IMG/VR virus record: IMGVR_UViG_3300035544_000017 | Location: 1 to 25,299 of that record | Origin: a virus | Taxonomy: Duplodnaviria; Caudoviricetes | Length of the DNA: 25,299 nucleotides | Reading direction: 5' to 3' (one strand) | Shown: piece after piece, positions 1 through 9,200 of the stretch | Numbering within the stretch: position 1 is the first letter of the stretch | Layout: each line of letters begins with the position of its first letter | Program-made: the position numbers and the translations under genes | The notes under the pieces: generated by a model | The model's input: only the letters and a program-made list of their open reading frames with translations | Database searches by the model: none | Told to the model about the DNA's origin: nothing

Positions 1-16
1 CTGTCTTCGGCCCCAC

Positions 17-55
17 AAAAAACAAACCCCTTCCAGTTAATCTAGAAGGGGTTTT
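17..55 (-). terminator. Intrinsic terminator ending the late operon (possibly bidirectional)
   Basis: Minus strand AAACCCCTTCTAG-ATTAA-CTGGAAGGGGTTT hairpin followed by GTTTTTT; a T-run also follows on the plus strand; lies just after the last minus-strand ORF. Confidence 0.85.
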
Positions 56-82
56 ACTTTACTATAAAACACAATAGAGAAT

Positions 83-259
83 TTAAATTAGCAAACCAAT
101 CATTAAACCAATTATAAATAAACCAGCACCACCAATAATACAAATCTTACGTTTAACTATTTTTGCCCATAGTCCTTCAGCAATTTCTTCTGTTTCTGTT
201 TTTAACTCTTTAATTGCATGATCGGTTGCATTTTTTATTTCTTCTTTTATTTTATCCAT
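83..259 (-). CDS. Small C-terminally membrane-anchored protein (58 aa, ElaB/YqjD-like architecture)
   Basis: Not in ORF track; hand-translated MDKIKEEIKNATDHAIKELKTETEEIAEGLWAKIVKRKICIIGGAGLFIIGLMIGLLI*; AGGAG RBS upstream; charged helix then one C-terminal TM segment. Confidence 0.75.
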   Translation of the reverse strand: MDKIKEEIKNATDHAIKELKTETEEIAEGLWAKIVKRKICIIGGAGLFIIGLMIGLLI

Positions 260-349
260 AATTTATTCTCCTATGCTTGAGGTATTTGATCTATTATTGT
301 CAAAGTTCCGTCATCAGGAATAGTAATTACACCAGAATTAATTATACTC

Positions 350-511
350 CTATATTACTCTCTTACCATTCATTTTTTCATAATTTCTAATAGCCCTAGC
401 TACAACCCACCATACAGGCTTATTTGGATACTCTTTTATTAGGTAATTAAAATGAGCAAGATGTTCAACTTTCAATCTTTTAGTAGTTTTAGTTGCTGAA
501 TTATTTATCAT
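350..511 (-). CDS. Small hypothetical protein (53 aa)
   Basis: Hand-translated MINNSATKTTKRLKVEHLAHFNYLIKEYPNKPVWWVVARAIRNYEKMNGKRVI*; starts 7 nt after the previous stop, same strand as the operon. Confidence 0.55.
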   Translation of the reverse strand: MINNSATKTTKRLKVEHLAHFNYLIKEYPNKPVWWVVARAIRNYEKMNGKRVI

Positions 512-517
512 AGTATA

Positions 518-862
518 TTATAAACCGCGATAATGATCTATTGTGAATATGACTGCCCCTGTTATTGGCAATTCTCCATATTCGGATGAAGTATATGTTC
601 CCTCTACAGTTAGCATTCTTTTTTCTGTTTCGTAATTCAAAGATACAAGAAGATCATCACCGGATAATACAATAGGAACTGAATCAGATAGGGCAGTTAC
701 AGAAACTTCTTCTCTACTATTAATTATATTTCCAGCTAGATCGGTTAATGTCCATTTAACAGAATCGGGAATAACAGCCTTACCATTTTCATCTGTAAAA
801 TTAATAGTTATCACATAACTTGATAATTCCGAGGCGATAGTAGGTAAAGAAGAAATAGTCAC
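518..862 (-). CDS. Putative virion structural protein, beta-sandwich (BppU N-terminal-like)
   Basis: Alternating beta-strand pattern (YVITINFTDENGKAVIPDSVKWTLTD...RMLTVEGTY); AAGGT RBS; follows the 165-aa structural gene. Confidence 0.5.
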   Translation of the reverse strand: MTISSLPTIASELSSYVITINFTDENGKAVIPDSVKWTLTDLAGNIINSREEVSVTALSDSVPIVLSGDDLLVSLNYETEKRMLTVEGTYTSSEYGELPITGAVIFTIDHYRGL

Positions 863-876
863 GGTAAGTCTACCTT

Positions 877-1374
877 TTAAGAAGCAGAAGCACTAAATGT
901 GTAAGTTAGTTCTACAGTATCCCCATCGGCTACAGTTCTATCTCCACTAGACAGCGCAGATACAGCAAGAAGGGTTCCGGTAGTTCCAGAAGCCGCAGAA
1001 CATATAAATGCTCCTCCAACAGTACCGCTACCATTAATAGCAAAAGAAGCTTTAGATGCAGAGTTTGTTACGCTTTGTGCGCTTCTAACATCTACATATT
1101 CTTTTCTATTATCAGCGTAACTTGTAAACTCGGTCCATCCTGTATGTGAACTCAAAGTATCCGCAGCAGCAGGAGTAGGAGTAGAAGCAGTTAATCCAGC
1201 ATACCAAGTGGTGACTTGTGTATCCCCGGCAAATAATACATCTAGCATGTGTTGTAAGCCGCTGTTGACTACCAGATTATGTGTAGTATCTTCCCACTTA
1301 ATGTTGCCATTATTATCACGACAGATAATATTAAATACTCCACCGACAAAAAATTTACTATCAAACTTTTTCAT
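877..1374 (-). CDS. Putative virion structural/fibre-associated beta protein (165 aa), intact paralog of 20245..20718
   Basis: AGGAG RBS; Thr/Ser/Gly/Ala-rich; long shared blocks with 20245..20718 (YADNRKEYVDVRS, QSVTNSASKASF). Confidence 0.7.
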   Translation of the reverse strand: MKKFDSKFFVGGVFNIICRDNNGNIKWEDTTHNLVVNSGLQHMLDVLFAGDTQVTTWYAGLTASTPTPAAADTLSSHTGWTEFTSYADNRKEYVDVRSAQSVTNSASKASFAINGSGTVGGAFICSAASGTTGTLLAVSALSSGDRTVADGDTVELTYTFSASAS

Positions 1375-1392
1375 AATATAAAAACTCCTAAA

Positions 1393-1445
1393 TTAATTTT
1401 CAAAACTTATATTTGGTTTTACTTCAACAAAAGAGATAACCCCCT
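1393..1445 (-). pseudogene. Possible C-terminal remnant of a repeat-stalk fibre gene
   Basis: Reads GVISFVEVKPNISFEN* directly before the RBS of 877..1374; resembles the C-terminus MMFSAKRAKITFNN* of 20729..22000, which sits in the same position before the paralog. Confidence 0.4.
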
Positions 1446-1514
1446 TGTTTATTATTTTCCAAAGGTACAAGATTTCTAAAATATTATATATACATAATAT
1501 TAGTATAACTATAA

Positions 1515-2225
1515 CTATCCTACAAATGGAAGATTGCACAAGTGCTTCTCTTTTATCCAATAAACATTATTGTCTAATTTTTCAATTGTATTATCCAGTA
1601 GACCGTTCTTTATTACATCAAGTATATTATTGCAGATAAAAGTAACATCCCATCCAAACACAACAATTCCATCATCCTCTCCGTTTGGCTTTGTAATGGG
1701 AGTTTTTATTGTTTTTAACACAACATCTCTATCCCCTATTTTACCAAACTCCACATACAAGCAACACTTCCCCGTTGACTTGCAGTGCTTGTCCGTGTTG
1801 GCACAAATATCCCCAAAAGTATGCTCTTTTCCTGTTCTACTTTTAAATTCTTCAATCAACTCTATATCAGTTCTTCCAATGGCTAACCCGCTACAAGAGG
1901 GTTGCATTTCAAAAAACATTTGACACTGGTATTCATTTATAAATAGATATCTCCCATCTGCATCTTTGCGACAAATCAAACCCCCTGCCGCATGTGCCAT
2001 TTCAGACAACAACTTGTTGGTAGAAGCAAGAATATCATTTACTTCTAATATCTCCTGATTCGCTTCTTCCAGTTCTTTCTTTGTCTGTAGAAGTTCATCT
2101 CTTTGAGCCTTGGCAAGATCAAAGGCTTTGGAGAAATCTTTCTTTACTGTATCAAAATCTTCTATTACTTTTGTGAGTTTGTTCTCGGTTTTACCAAATA
2201 ACGTAAATAGCATAATTTTATCCAC
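1515..2225 (-). CDS. Coiled-coil plus Cys-rich PAS-domain protein with no output domain
   Basis: N-terminal heptad region (LAKAQRDELLQTKKELEEANQEILEVNDIL) then PAS/PAC motifs ICRKDADGRYLFINE, IGRTDIEL, TIKTPITKPNGEDDGIVVFGWDVT; 9 Cys; overlaps the upstream gene. Confidence 0.8.
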   Translation of the reverse strand: MDKIMLFTLFGKTENKLTKVIEDFDTVKKDFSKAFDLAKAQRDELLQTKKELEEANQEILEVNDILASTNKLLSEMAHAAGGLICRKDADGRYLFINEYQCQMFFEMQPSCSGLAIGRTDIELIEEFKSRTGKEHTFGDICANTDKHCKSTGKCCLYVEFGKIGDRDVVLKTIKTPITKPNGEDDGIVVFGWDVTFICNNILDVIKNGLLDNTIEKLDNNVYWIKEKHLCNLPFVG

Positions 2226-2430
2226 CCAAGTGCATAGCTAATAAAGTTTTAATTACATAAAAAAAAGTACCTGCGGTTCCACTTATGAATATCACCATTA
2301 AAGTCCAAATAATCTGAACATGCACTTTTAATCCAAACACTATCTCTAATAATTTATCTACTTTTGTGGTCAACATATCAAAACTTTCTTTTAACATATC
2401 AAAAGGGTCCATAGGCCGTTTCTCCCGCAC
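2218..2430 (-). CDS. Small coiled-coil plus single-TM membrane protein (holin/antiholin-like); ATG at 2412 is the likelier start
   Basis: Short coiled coil (LTTKVDKLLEIV) then hydrophobic IIWTLMVIFISGTAGTFFYVI; directly after the endolysin; GGGAG before ATG 2412. Confidence 0.6.
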   Translation of the reverse strand: MREKRPMDPFDMLKESFDMLTTKVDKLLEIVFGLKVHVQIIWTLMVIFISGTAGTFFYVIKTLLAMHLGG

Positions 2431-2433
2431 AGG

Positions 2434-2862
2434 TTAAGCATTAAATATTACAATCTTATCAAGCAGATCAGTATTAGAACAATCTATGTGAACCCATGTA
2501 GGAGTATACTTTATATTCTCTATACGTCTTATGCCAATATCATAAAACTTTTTTTCATTTGCTAAAATATAGTCATATACTAATTTTGGAGAAGACTTCT
2601 TGAAATGCAAATCAGTTGCTCCACCAAACTTATGGATAGAAAACTCAGCGCCATCTGGATCGTTAAATGGCCTTAGCCCGCAAGAATCTAACTTTCCCCC
2701 GACATGCCAATTATTGATTGTTATTGGTTCATCAATCTCTTCTCTGAGATAATCAATAATATATAATTGACGTTCGTTTAGAAATTTCCAAGCTCCGTTA
2801 CCGAACCTATTATAATAAAAAGGATGAACAAGTTCTTGAATATTAAAATATTTAGTTCTCAT
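2434..2862 (-). CDS. Endolysin, peptidase M15 family (Zn-dependent)
   Basis: M15 motifs SCGLR...FSIHKFGGATDL and TWVHID; N-terminal KYFNIQELV; lysis-cassette position. Confidence 0.88.
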   Translation of the reverse strand: MRTKYFNIQELVHPFYYNRFGNGAWKFLNERQLYIIDYLREEIDEPITINNWHVGGKLDSCGLRPFNDPDGAEFSIHKFGGATDLHFKKSSPKLVYDYILANEKKFYDIGIRRIENIKYTPTWVHIDCSNTDLLDKIVIFNA

Positions 2863-3148
2863 TATCTTTTGTCTCCGTTACTTGCTCATCATAAGCTTTA
2901 TAGGCATCATAGGCTGATTTTCTAGCTGATTCTGCTTCTTCAAAATTACGCCAAATAATCATTACATTCTTTTTTGACCCAATATGTTCATTCTTGTCTA
3001 ATGGTTCATATACGGGGGCAATAGGAGCGGCTACCTTTACTGGAACTTGTGTAACAGTCAGAGTATGTTCTACTACTCTTGGACTACAACTAATTAACCC
3101 CAAGAGTAGTATTGATAGCATCAATAAATTTAGAATTCGATTCTTCAT
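2852..3148 (-). CDS. Outer-membrane spanin (Rz1-like lipoprotein)
   Basis: Signal peptide with lipobox LLGLIS-C; Pro-rich segment (VPVKVAAPIAPVYEP); overlaps the 3' end of the i-spanin; GAGG RBS before ATG 3148. Confidence 0.85.
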   Translation of the reverse strand: MKNRILNLLMLSILLLGLISCSPRVVEHTLTVTQVPVKVAAPIAPVYEPLDKNEHIGSKKNVMIIWRNFEEAESARKSAYDAYKAYDEQVTETKDNEN

Positions 3149-3503
3149 CAAGCACCTCTAATCCCGATTTGGAAGCCGGAACCTCTTTTGCTTCTTGACA
3201 CAGTTTTAGCATCTTATTAGAAGTTTTTTTATATTCTTGGAAATTGTATTGTATCTTATTATTTTGGTTTTGTAAAGAACTAATTACTCTATTTTTGACT
3301 AGTTGATCATTTTTAAGTAATTCATTTTTTGATTTAACTATTGATAATTCTGATATTGCATTAGCATACTTGATTTTTGTATTACTATGAGATAGTTTTT
3401 CCATTCCATACAAAAAAGAAACTAGTAACAAGGAAACTAAAAGCATCCCAGTAATTCCGGCTCCAAGTTTACCACCAAAAAATGATATGAGCGTACCAAA
3501 CAT
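3090..3503 (-). CDS. Inner-membrane spanin (Rz-like)
   Basis: N-terminal TM segment then long coiled coil with one Cys; overlapped by the lipoprotein gene. Confidence 0.82.
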   Translation of the reverse strand: MFGTLISFFGGKLGAGITGMLLVSLLLVSFLYGMEKLSHSNTKIKYANAISELSIVKSKNELLKNDQLVKNRVISSLQNQNNKIQYNFQEYKKTSNKMLKLCQEAKEVPASKSGLEVLDEESNSKFIDAINTTLGVN

Positions 3504-3517
3504 GTTATTCTAATCCT

Positions 3518-3841
3518 CTATTCTATTTTATTGCTGTTATTTTGTTTAAACTCACTAAATGATCCAGTACAAGAATCAATCTTGGTAACACCAGTGATAC
3601 CAGTAATAGATGAATTTGAATTTCTATTTTCGGCCCATTTTTGAGCCGCTTTACTGCCTAATGCTCCAAGAATAAGAAAAGCAATAGAATCCCCAATAGG
3701 AACCCACTCATTAACAAAAATATAGACAACCCATGCAATAATAGGCACAACAACAGTAAACGCCGTTAATACCCTAATACTAGATGGTTTATTATTCGAG
3801 TCTTTAAACAAGGAAGATACCCATTGTAATATTTTTTGCAT
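3518..3841 (-). CDS. Putative holin (2 TM)
   Basis: Two hydrophobic segments (VLTAFTVVVPIIAWVVYIFV; SIAFLILGALG), hydrophilic C-tail, first gene of the lysis cassette. Confidence 0.65.
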   Translation of the reverse strand: MQKILQWVSSLFKDSNNKPSSIRVLTAFTVVVPIIAWVVYIFVNEWVPIGDSIAFLILGALGSKAAQKWAENRNSNSSITGITGVTKIDSCTGSFSEFKQNNSNKIE

Positions 3842-3863
3842 AATAAATAGTTTTTAATATATT

Positions 3864-4298
3864 CTATTTAGTTGGAGCAGAAGGCCATTCTATATTAAAT
3901 GGAAAATCATCCTGTTCTGTAATATCTCGTAAGGATTGTCTGTACTCTTTCCATTTATTTTTATCTTCATCAGATAAATCTACATCATATAACTGAGTCC
4001 AATCACATTCTGATAGTAGAACATTTCTTTGATTTCTAATAGAAGAAGCCATTTCTTTTTCTTTCGCTTCTAAATCTACTGTAGAGATAATTATAGTCTC
4101 ACGGTAAACCAGATCATCACCCTTGACCCACGCGGTTTCGTAAGTCGTGAACGGCTCCCGATTGAGCGGCACGGCCTTGTTGTAGCCGATCCCGTCCAGC
4201 TGCTCCGGGGTCAGGTCCTCAAATTTGCGATAATAGCCGTCGTACCCCCACCCGCCCGGGGGGCACGGTCTTGTACGATCTATCAGGGTACTCCACAT
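3864..4298 (-). CDS. Tail fibre assembly chaperone (chimeric)
   Basis: C-terminal IRNQRNVLLSECDWTQLYD...WKEYRQSLRDITEQDDFPFNIEWPSAP chaperone motif; 5' half GC-rich, 3' half AT-rich; GGAGG RBS. Confidence 0.85.
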   Translation of the reverse strand: MWSTLIDRTRPCPPGGWGYDGYYRKFEDLTPEQLDGIGYNKAVPLNREPFTTYETAWVKGDDLVYRETIIISTVDLEAKEKEMASSIRNQRNVLLSECDWTQLYDVDLSDEDKNKWKEYRQSLRDITEQDDFPFNIEWPSAPTK

Positions 4299-4307
4299 GC
4301 TATCCTC

Positions 4308-4492
4308 CTAGTTTGTCTGTGCGTTGGCATACTTGGCCGGGTACTTGAGCACACCGGTCCAGTTGTACGTCGTAGACGCTGCGTTTTGGGTTGCGCCCAC
4401 GAGTTTGAAGCCGTTGGTAAAAAAGTGGACCACCTCCGAGGCGGTGCCGTCGTTATAGTAGGTGGTGCCCCCGATGGTCACGGACTCATTGA
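4308..4492 (-). pseudogene. Orphan C-terminal remnant of a second tail fibre
   Basis: VNESVTIGGTTYYNDGTASEVVHFFTNGFKLVGATQNAASTTYNWTGVLKYPAKYANAQTN* has fibre-tip-like composition, no credible start, and ends right before the next chaperone's RBS. Confidence 0.65.
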
Positions 4493-4798
4493 CGGTTTGA
4501 CCGGCCACTCGACAGCATCCGGGAATTCGCCCTGCTGCGGGACATCGCGCAACGCCTGCCGATAGGTGGCCCAGGCCTCTCGACGGTCGCTGTCCAAGGG
4601 CGTGTCCGACATTTGCGTCCAGTCGCATTCGGCCAGCCGCCGGTCGCGTTCGGCCCGGAGATCTGCGGCCAGTTCCTCGGCGGTAGGCTCATATGGGCCG
4701 GGCTGGACCTCGCTGTATGTCTCATTGTCTCTACAATCATCGGCAGTCCGGGCGGACCGCCAGCCATAAACACCATCAGTCCTGATTGCGTATCCCAT
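4478..4798 (-). CDS. Tail fibre assembly chaperone (start ATG 4798)
   Basis: LRAERDRRLAECDWTQMSD...WATYRQALRDVPQQGEFPDAVEWPVKP motif; TAATG overlap with the fibre stop; GGAGG RBS. Confidence 0.88.
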   Translation of the reverse strand: MGYAIRTDGVYGWRSARTADDCRDNETYSEVQPGPYEPTAEELAADLRAERDRRLAECDWTQMSDTPLDSDRREAWATYRQALRDVPQQGEFPDAVEWPVKPSMSP

Positions 4799-6237
4799 TA
4801 TATTGCATCCTCCCATCCGTGTACTCGTAAAGTTACGTCTTCCTTGTTACAGGCCCAATATATGTTGCTAGACTCTAGGACCATATCAAACGGGATATTT
4901 GATGTGCCGCCGTTAACGGTATTCGAGAAAGACATGTACGGTGGATTGCTCGTGCTACCAAATGCCCCCGTCGAATTGTTTGGGGATATGATTATCAACG
5001 TGTTCGCATCTGTTGCAGTGATCGCTGCCATTAATCGCACTTGAGTAGCTGTTTCGGGCACGGCGGTCAGTACAGATGCGGCCACGTATGTAGGTATGCT
5101 GGTACTGCCGGATACGCCTGAAGCAATAGTTGGATACGCCGTCAGATTTGAGCCCGAGTCTACTGCCCATTGGGCACGGCTGTTACGCTGGATCATAGAT
5201 AATGGGTAGGCATTGGTACTATCGGTTAGCACCCAACCGACGCGCAGATAATGTGTATACCCGCTAGGCAGCGTCGGGGCGGATGAGGACAGGGACAACA
5301 GAGCAGCCGTAGTGTTGGTGGTCGGGTTGTAGATCACATGCACCGCATACCACGTATCAGCCGCCACCGTGCCGGCATCCAGACCGTTGGCTCCTGAAGT
5401 GGACAGATCGCCGGAGAGAGACACATTGGTCAACAGTTGGGCAAGCCCGGCGGCAGTCTTGACAATCATTTCGTCGGCACTGATATCCACCGTGGCGTCC
5501 AGTCCTTCGGCCGTAATGGCGAGATTGACGTAGCTGGACACGGTTCTGATACCCGTCAGCGCGGCCCCGTTCAACGGGGGCAGAATCCCGCCCGGTGCTT
5601 TGACAATATCCGCGTCCGCCGGTTCTGCTCCAATAGACTCTACCGTAACTACAGGAGCGTTTTCTACAGGTTGCCCGTACTGCACACTGGATAACCCGCT
5701 ATCCACATTTTCATTTAAAGTCGTAACAGTTGTCAAATCAGTTCCCGAAGAATATGAAGAAGAAACAACATAATTATATTCTGAGGTTGTTTGAATTAGA
5801 TATAATGCTCTATTTTCAATATAAATTGCTGTTTTATCTCCTTCTACAGTAAAAGAAGACGAAGAAACATATTCAACAATATCCCCTTCATCCATCCACC
5901 AATCCCCAACAGGAAGGGTATCCTTTAAAGTTCCATCAGGATTCATGGCTACACTCAATCTAGCATTTAGATTAGCGGCGGTTCCTCTAGCCGCTAATAG
6001 TTCTGCGGTGTTTGCTAAAACTGTAGTAGAAGTATTAGCACTATCTACCCAAGAAGCACCATCCCAAATAGTAATTTTTCCTGTGGTTATATTATAAAAG
6101 GGCTGCCCAACAACAGGAGAGCCGGGAGCCGAAGTTCCCGCCCAATTTGATCTAATTGCATCAAAATTGGCATTAATAATGGTAGGAGTATCTCCAAGGT
6201 CGGTGCTACCAGTAAAAGCAGTAAATGTCTGTGACAT
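4798..6237 (-). CDS. Side tail fibre / receptor-binding protein
   Basis: N-terminal INANFDAI...GTSAPGSPVVGQPFYN...IWDGASW fibre motif; C-terminal GLDAGTVAADTWYAVHVI...APTLPSGYTHYLRVGW; follows gpJ and precedes chaperones. Confidence 0.85.
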   Translation of the reverse strand: MSQTFTAFTGSTDLGDTPTIINANFDAIRSNWAGTSAPGSPVVGQPFYNITTGKITIWDGASWVDSANTSTTVLANTAELLAARGTAANLNARLSVAMNPDGTLKDTLPVGDWWMDEGDIVEYVSSSSFTVEGDKTAIYIENRALYLIQTTSEYNYVVSSSYSSGTDLTTVTTLNENVDSGLSSVQYGQPVENAPVVTVESIGAEPADADIVKAPGGILPPLNGAALTGIRTVSSYVNLAITAEGLDATVDISADEMIVKTAAGLAQLLTNVSLSGDLSTSGANGLDAGTVAADTWYAVHVIYNPTTNTTAALLSLSSSAPTLPSGYTHYLRVGWVLTDSTNAYPLSMIQRNSRAQWAVDSGSNLTAYPTIASGVSGSTSIPTYVAASVLTAVPETATQVRLMAAITATDANTLIIISPNNSTGAFGSTSNPPYMSFSNTVNGGTSNIPFDMVLESSNIYWACNKEDVTLRVHGWEDAI

Positions 6238-6251
6238 AAATATAAAACTCC

Positions 6252-9200
6252 TTAAAATCCTGAAATTTCTAAATTAACATCTCTGGAAATTCCCGTTCCA
6301 GATGAATCATATATATAAACAGTAAATCTATCAGATTGTATATCTACAGAGTAAGTAGCAAATCCTGAACCAAGTATTGTTACTCCTACATTATACGCCG
6401 AAAAGATAGTGATAGGGATACTAGATAACAGATACTCAGTTCCACCAGAAGATATTGTTTGATTATATAGTTTTTTACTCTTATCGTCAACATCCAAATA
6501 ACTAAGAATAGAAGATATTTCAAAAGAGGTTGATTTAATAATAATATTGGTTTCTGCTTTAATTTGTAAATAGCGTGCAGTTATAGTAACTTTATTACTA
6601 TATAGATACCAATCAGACCAAGTAATATTATCGACAGAATATTTGTAATATAAATTATATTTTGCCAAAGAGGTTATACTATTGAAAGTATCTCTAGGAA
6701 ACGTATTGAAAGTTCTACCATAGATAAAATCATCAAAAGAAGGATCAATAAAGGCAGCAGTTTTTTCTAATGCTTGTCGCAAAGAAAAAGTCGTACTTGT
6801 TCCTATATCTATAATATCTGAAATAAAATATCCATTATCATAATTAAAAAATAAATAGTCTGTCAAAACAGGAGTATCGAAATCATACCCTGCTAATTCA
6901 TCATAAGTCATTCCAGGAATCCATTTCAAAACTTCTTCGCTTGATTCATAAAATAAATTATAGACTTCCCCGTCTGGAACATATGTTGTAATTTCATCTC
7001 GTTCTAAAATAAAATTGACATAATCGGATATATCAACAGAAATAGAAGTTGAAGAGGCTACTAGACTTTCATTAAAAGTTCTGTCAACTGCTTTTATCCA
7101 GAAAGTATACGTGCCACTAACAGGGGGATTCCAAGAGAATTCATTCTCAGTTAAACTAGTAATAACGGGTATTCCTGTTTCGTAACTCACTCCTCTAACA
7201 ATAGTATAAGATAAAAAGTCTGCATCTTCTACTGCATCCCAAGTTAAATCTATAGCATCTTTATTAGCAACCGCTATAAAATTTTCAACATTAGAGGGAG
7301 GGGCCTCCTTTCCTAGAATTATAACAGATTTAGTATACTGATTATTTGGAGTATTATAAGGGGTAACAGATACCATGTAGGAATCTCCAATAGCAAATCC
7401 TATATCAATTCTATAAGATTTTTTTGTAGATACTCCTGCTAGTTGCCATAGACCATCAGCTTTTTTAACAAAAACATTCCAACTAAGAGCATTTCCTCGC
7501 CAAGAAACATCAATGACAGATTTACCCGTTCCATCAGAAGCAAACACCCAACTCTCTTTTGCATTCAAATCTGTTACATAGGCAGTATCCCCTATTTCAA
7601 TATTGGGAACCGTATCTAAAGTATCATTATAGATTTCATCCATATATTCCAATGCTGAAATCGTTCTATATAGGGTATCGTTAGTTCTTGTTATATTTAA
7701 AATTCTAAATTTTTTAGTTACATTATTTATATGTCCAAAAGCATATAGATCATATTCTTTTGGAGTAATATCCCACGCAGAAACCAAGTTCAAAGTTGAG
7801 GTAGTGGTTGTTACTCCTACTGGAATAACATTTCTATATTCAATTGTATCATCTTCGGCATGTTTTATTTGAACTGTATACTGTGAACCAGCAACTAACT
7901 CAACTGCTTCAGGCAACGTAACAGAAGTAGATGTTGCAGAAATAAGCCTACCAGAAGATAGCCCCCATTGAGGAACATCATAAGAAACCTCAATAACTTG
8001 TCCTGGCAAGCACGCAATTGAATCAATTCCAGCTTGAAATGTTATAGTTTGAGTAAGGTATCTGTTTCTTAACAACATACCTCTACCAAAATTGATAGCC
8101 TGTTGTCGATTGGTACATCCTACCAAGCTGACAGAAGTTTTGTTTATCTCAGTTTGAACTTCATCAAACCCGTCTTGATATATTTCTACTATTTGTCTGG
8201 AATAATCTAATTCTTCATCAAAGTAAGTAATCTCAATAGCATTAGCGCGTTCAGTTAAATCTAAAAATGAGTTTGTATAAGAATTTTCAATCATATTGCC
8301 TTTTGTAAACATAAAATGCTGTACGGCAATATCTTCTTTCTTATCTATAATTACTCCATATTGTGAACCCTTATGAACAACGGTACCTCTACCAAGCAGA
8401 GAAATGGTATCAAGTATACCTCTAACAGACATTGATTGGTCAACGTATATATTACAAGTGTAATTTTTAGTTTCACAAAAAGTAGCCCACTCTTCAAAAT
8501 CTTCATATATAAATTTGGAATAGGAAAGATTAGCCCCATAATCCGCATTATGAAGAATATCATAGGCAGCCCACGCAGGGTTGTTAGCAGGTTTTTGCTC
8601 ATATGTCGAACCTGTCCAAACAAAAACATATGTGCGCTCTGCTTCAAAAGTAATAGCAGGCCGAGAACCAGAAAGAGTATCTGTGGCTAATGCTTGAATA
8701 CCTGCTAACGCAGTTCCAGGATAAGTAAAATCATCATATACTATTTCTTTAATATATGAAAAATAACCAGTATTTCTATAAGATAAAGAAGTAGGAGGTT
8801 CTTCCTCAAAACGAGCACGTATTTCATATTGAGAAGGGTCTAAATTATATAAATAAAAATCTCTATACACGGCATCTTGAGAAGCCGCAGTTATGGTTAT
8901 AGAACTCCCACTAATCCCATTATATACAATAGGAGTAGAAACATCAGAACTATCTATCCATCTCCAATAAGCCTTACCCTCTACAGAAGGATATCTATCT
9001 CCTTCAGTATGAGCAGTATCAATAGAAGTTCCTTCTTCTAATTCAACCCATTTACTATCTGGTAAATAATAACCGGCAGACCATCTAGAAGCAAGAACTA
9101 AATTTTGAGATAGATTTGAAGTGTCAACCGCTTCAAAATCATACCAAGTTTCAGTTCCTTTTTCTCTATATTGAATATTTACTATAACTGAATGATTTTG

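Noticed and set aside
4308-4628. 106-aa ORF as a full gene
   Set aside because: Its 5' half is an alternative frame of the chaperone gene; only the last ~60 codons look like real protein
4308-5000. Diversity-generating retroelement target in the fibre tip
   Set aside because: No reverse transcriptase and no template/variable repeat pair differing only at adenines seen in this window
3864-5650. Invertible (Gin/Cin or shufflon) tail-fibre cassette
   Set aside because: All segments are on the same strand, no recombinase gene, and no flanking inverted repeats noticed
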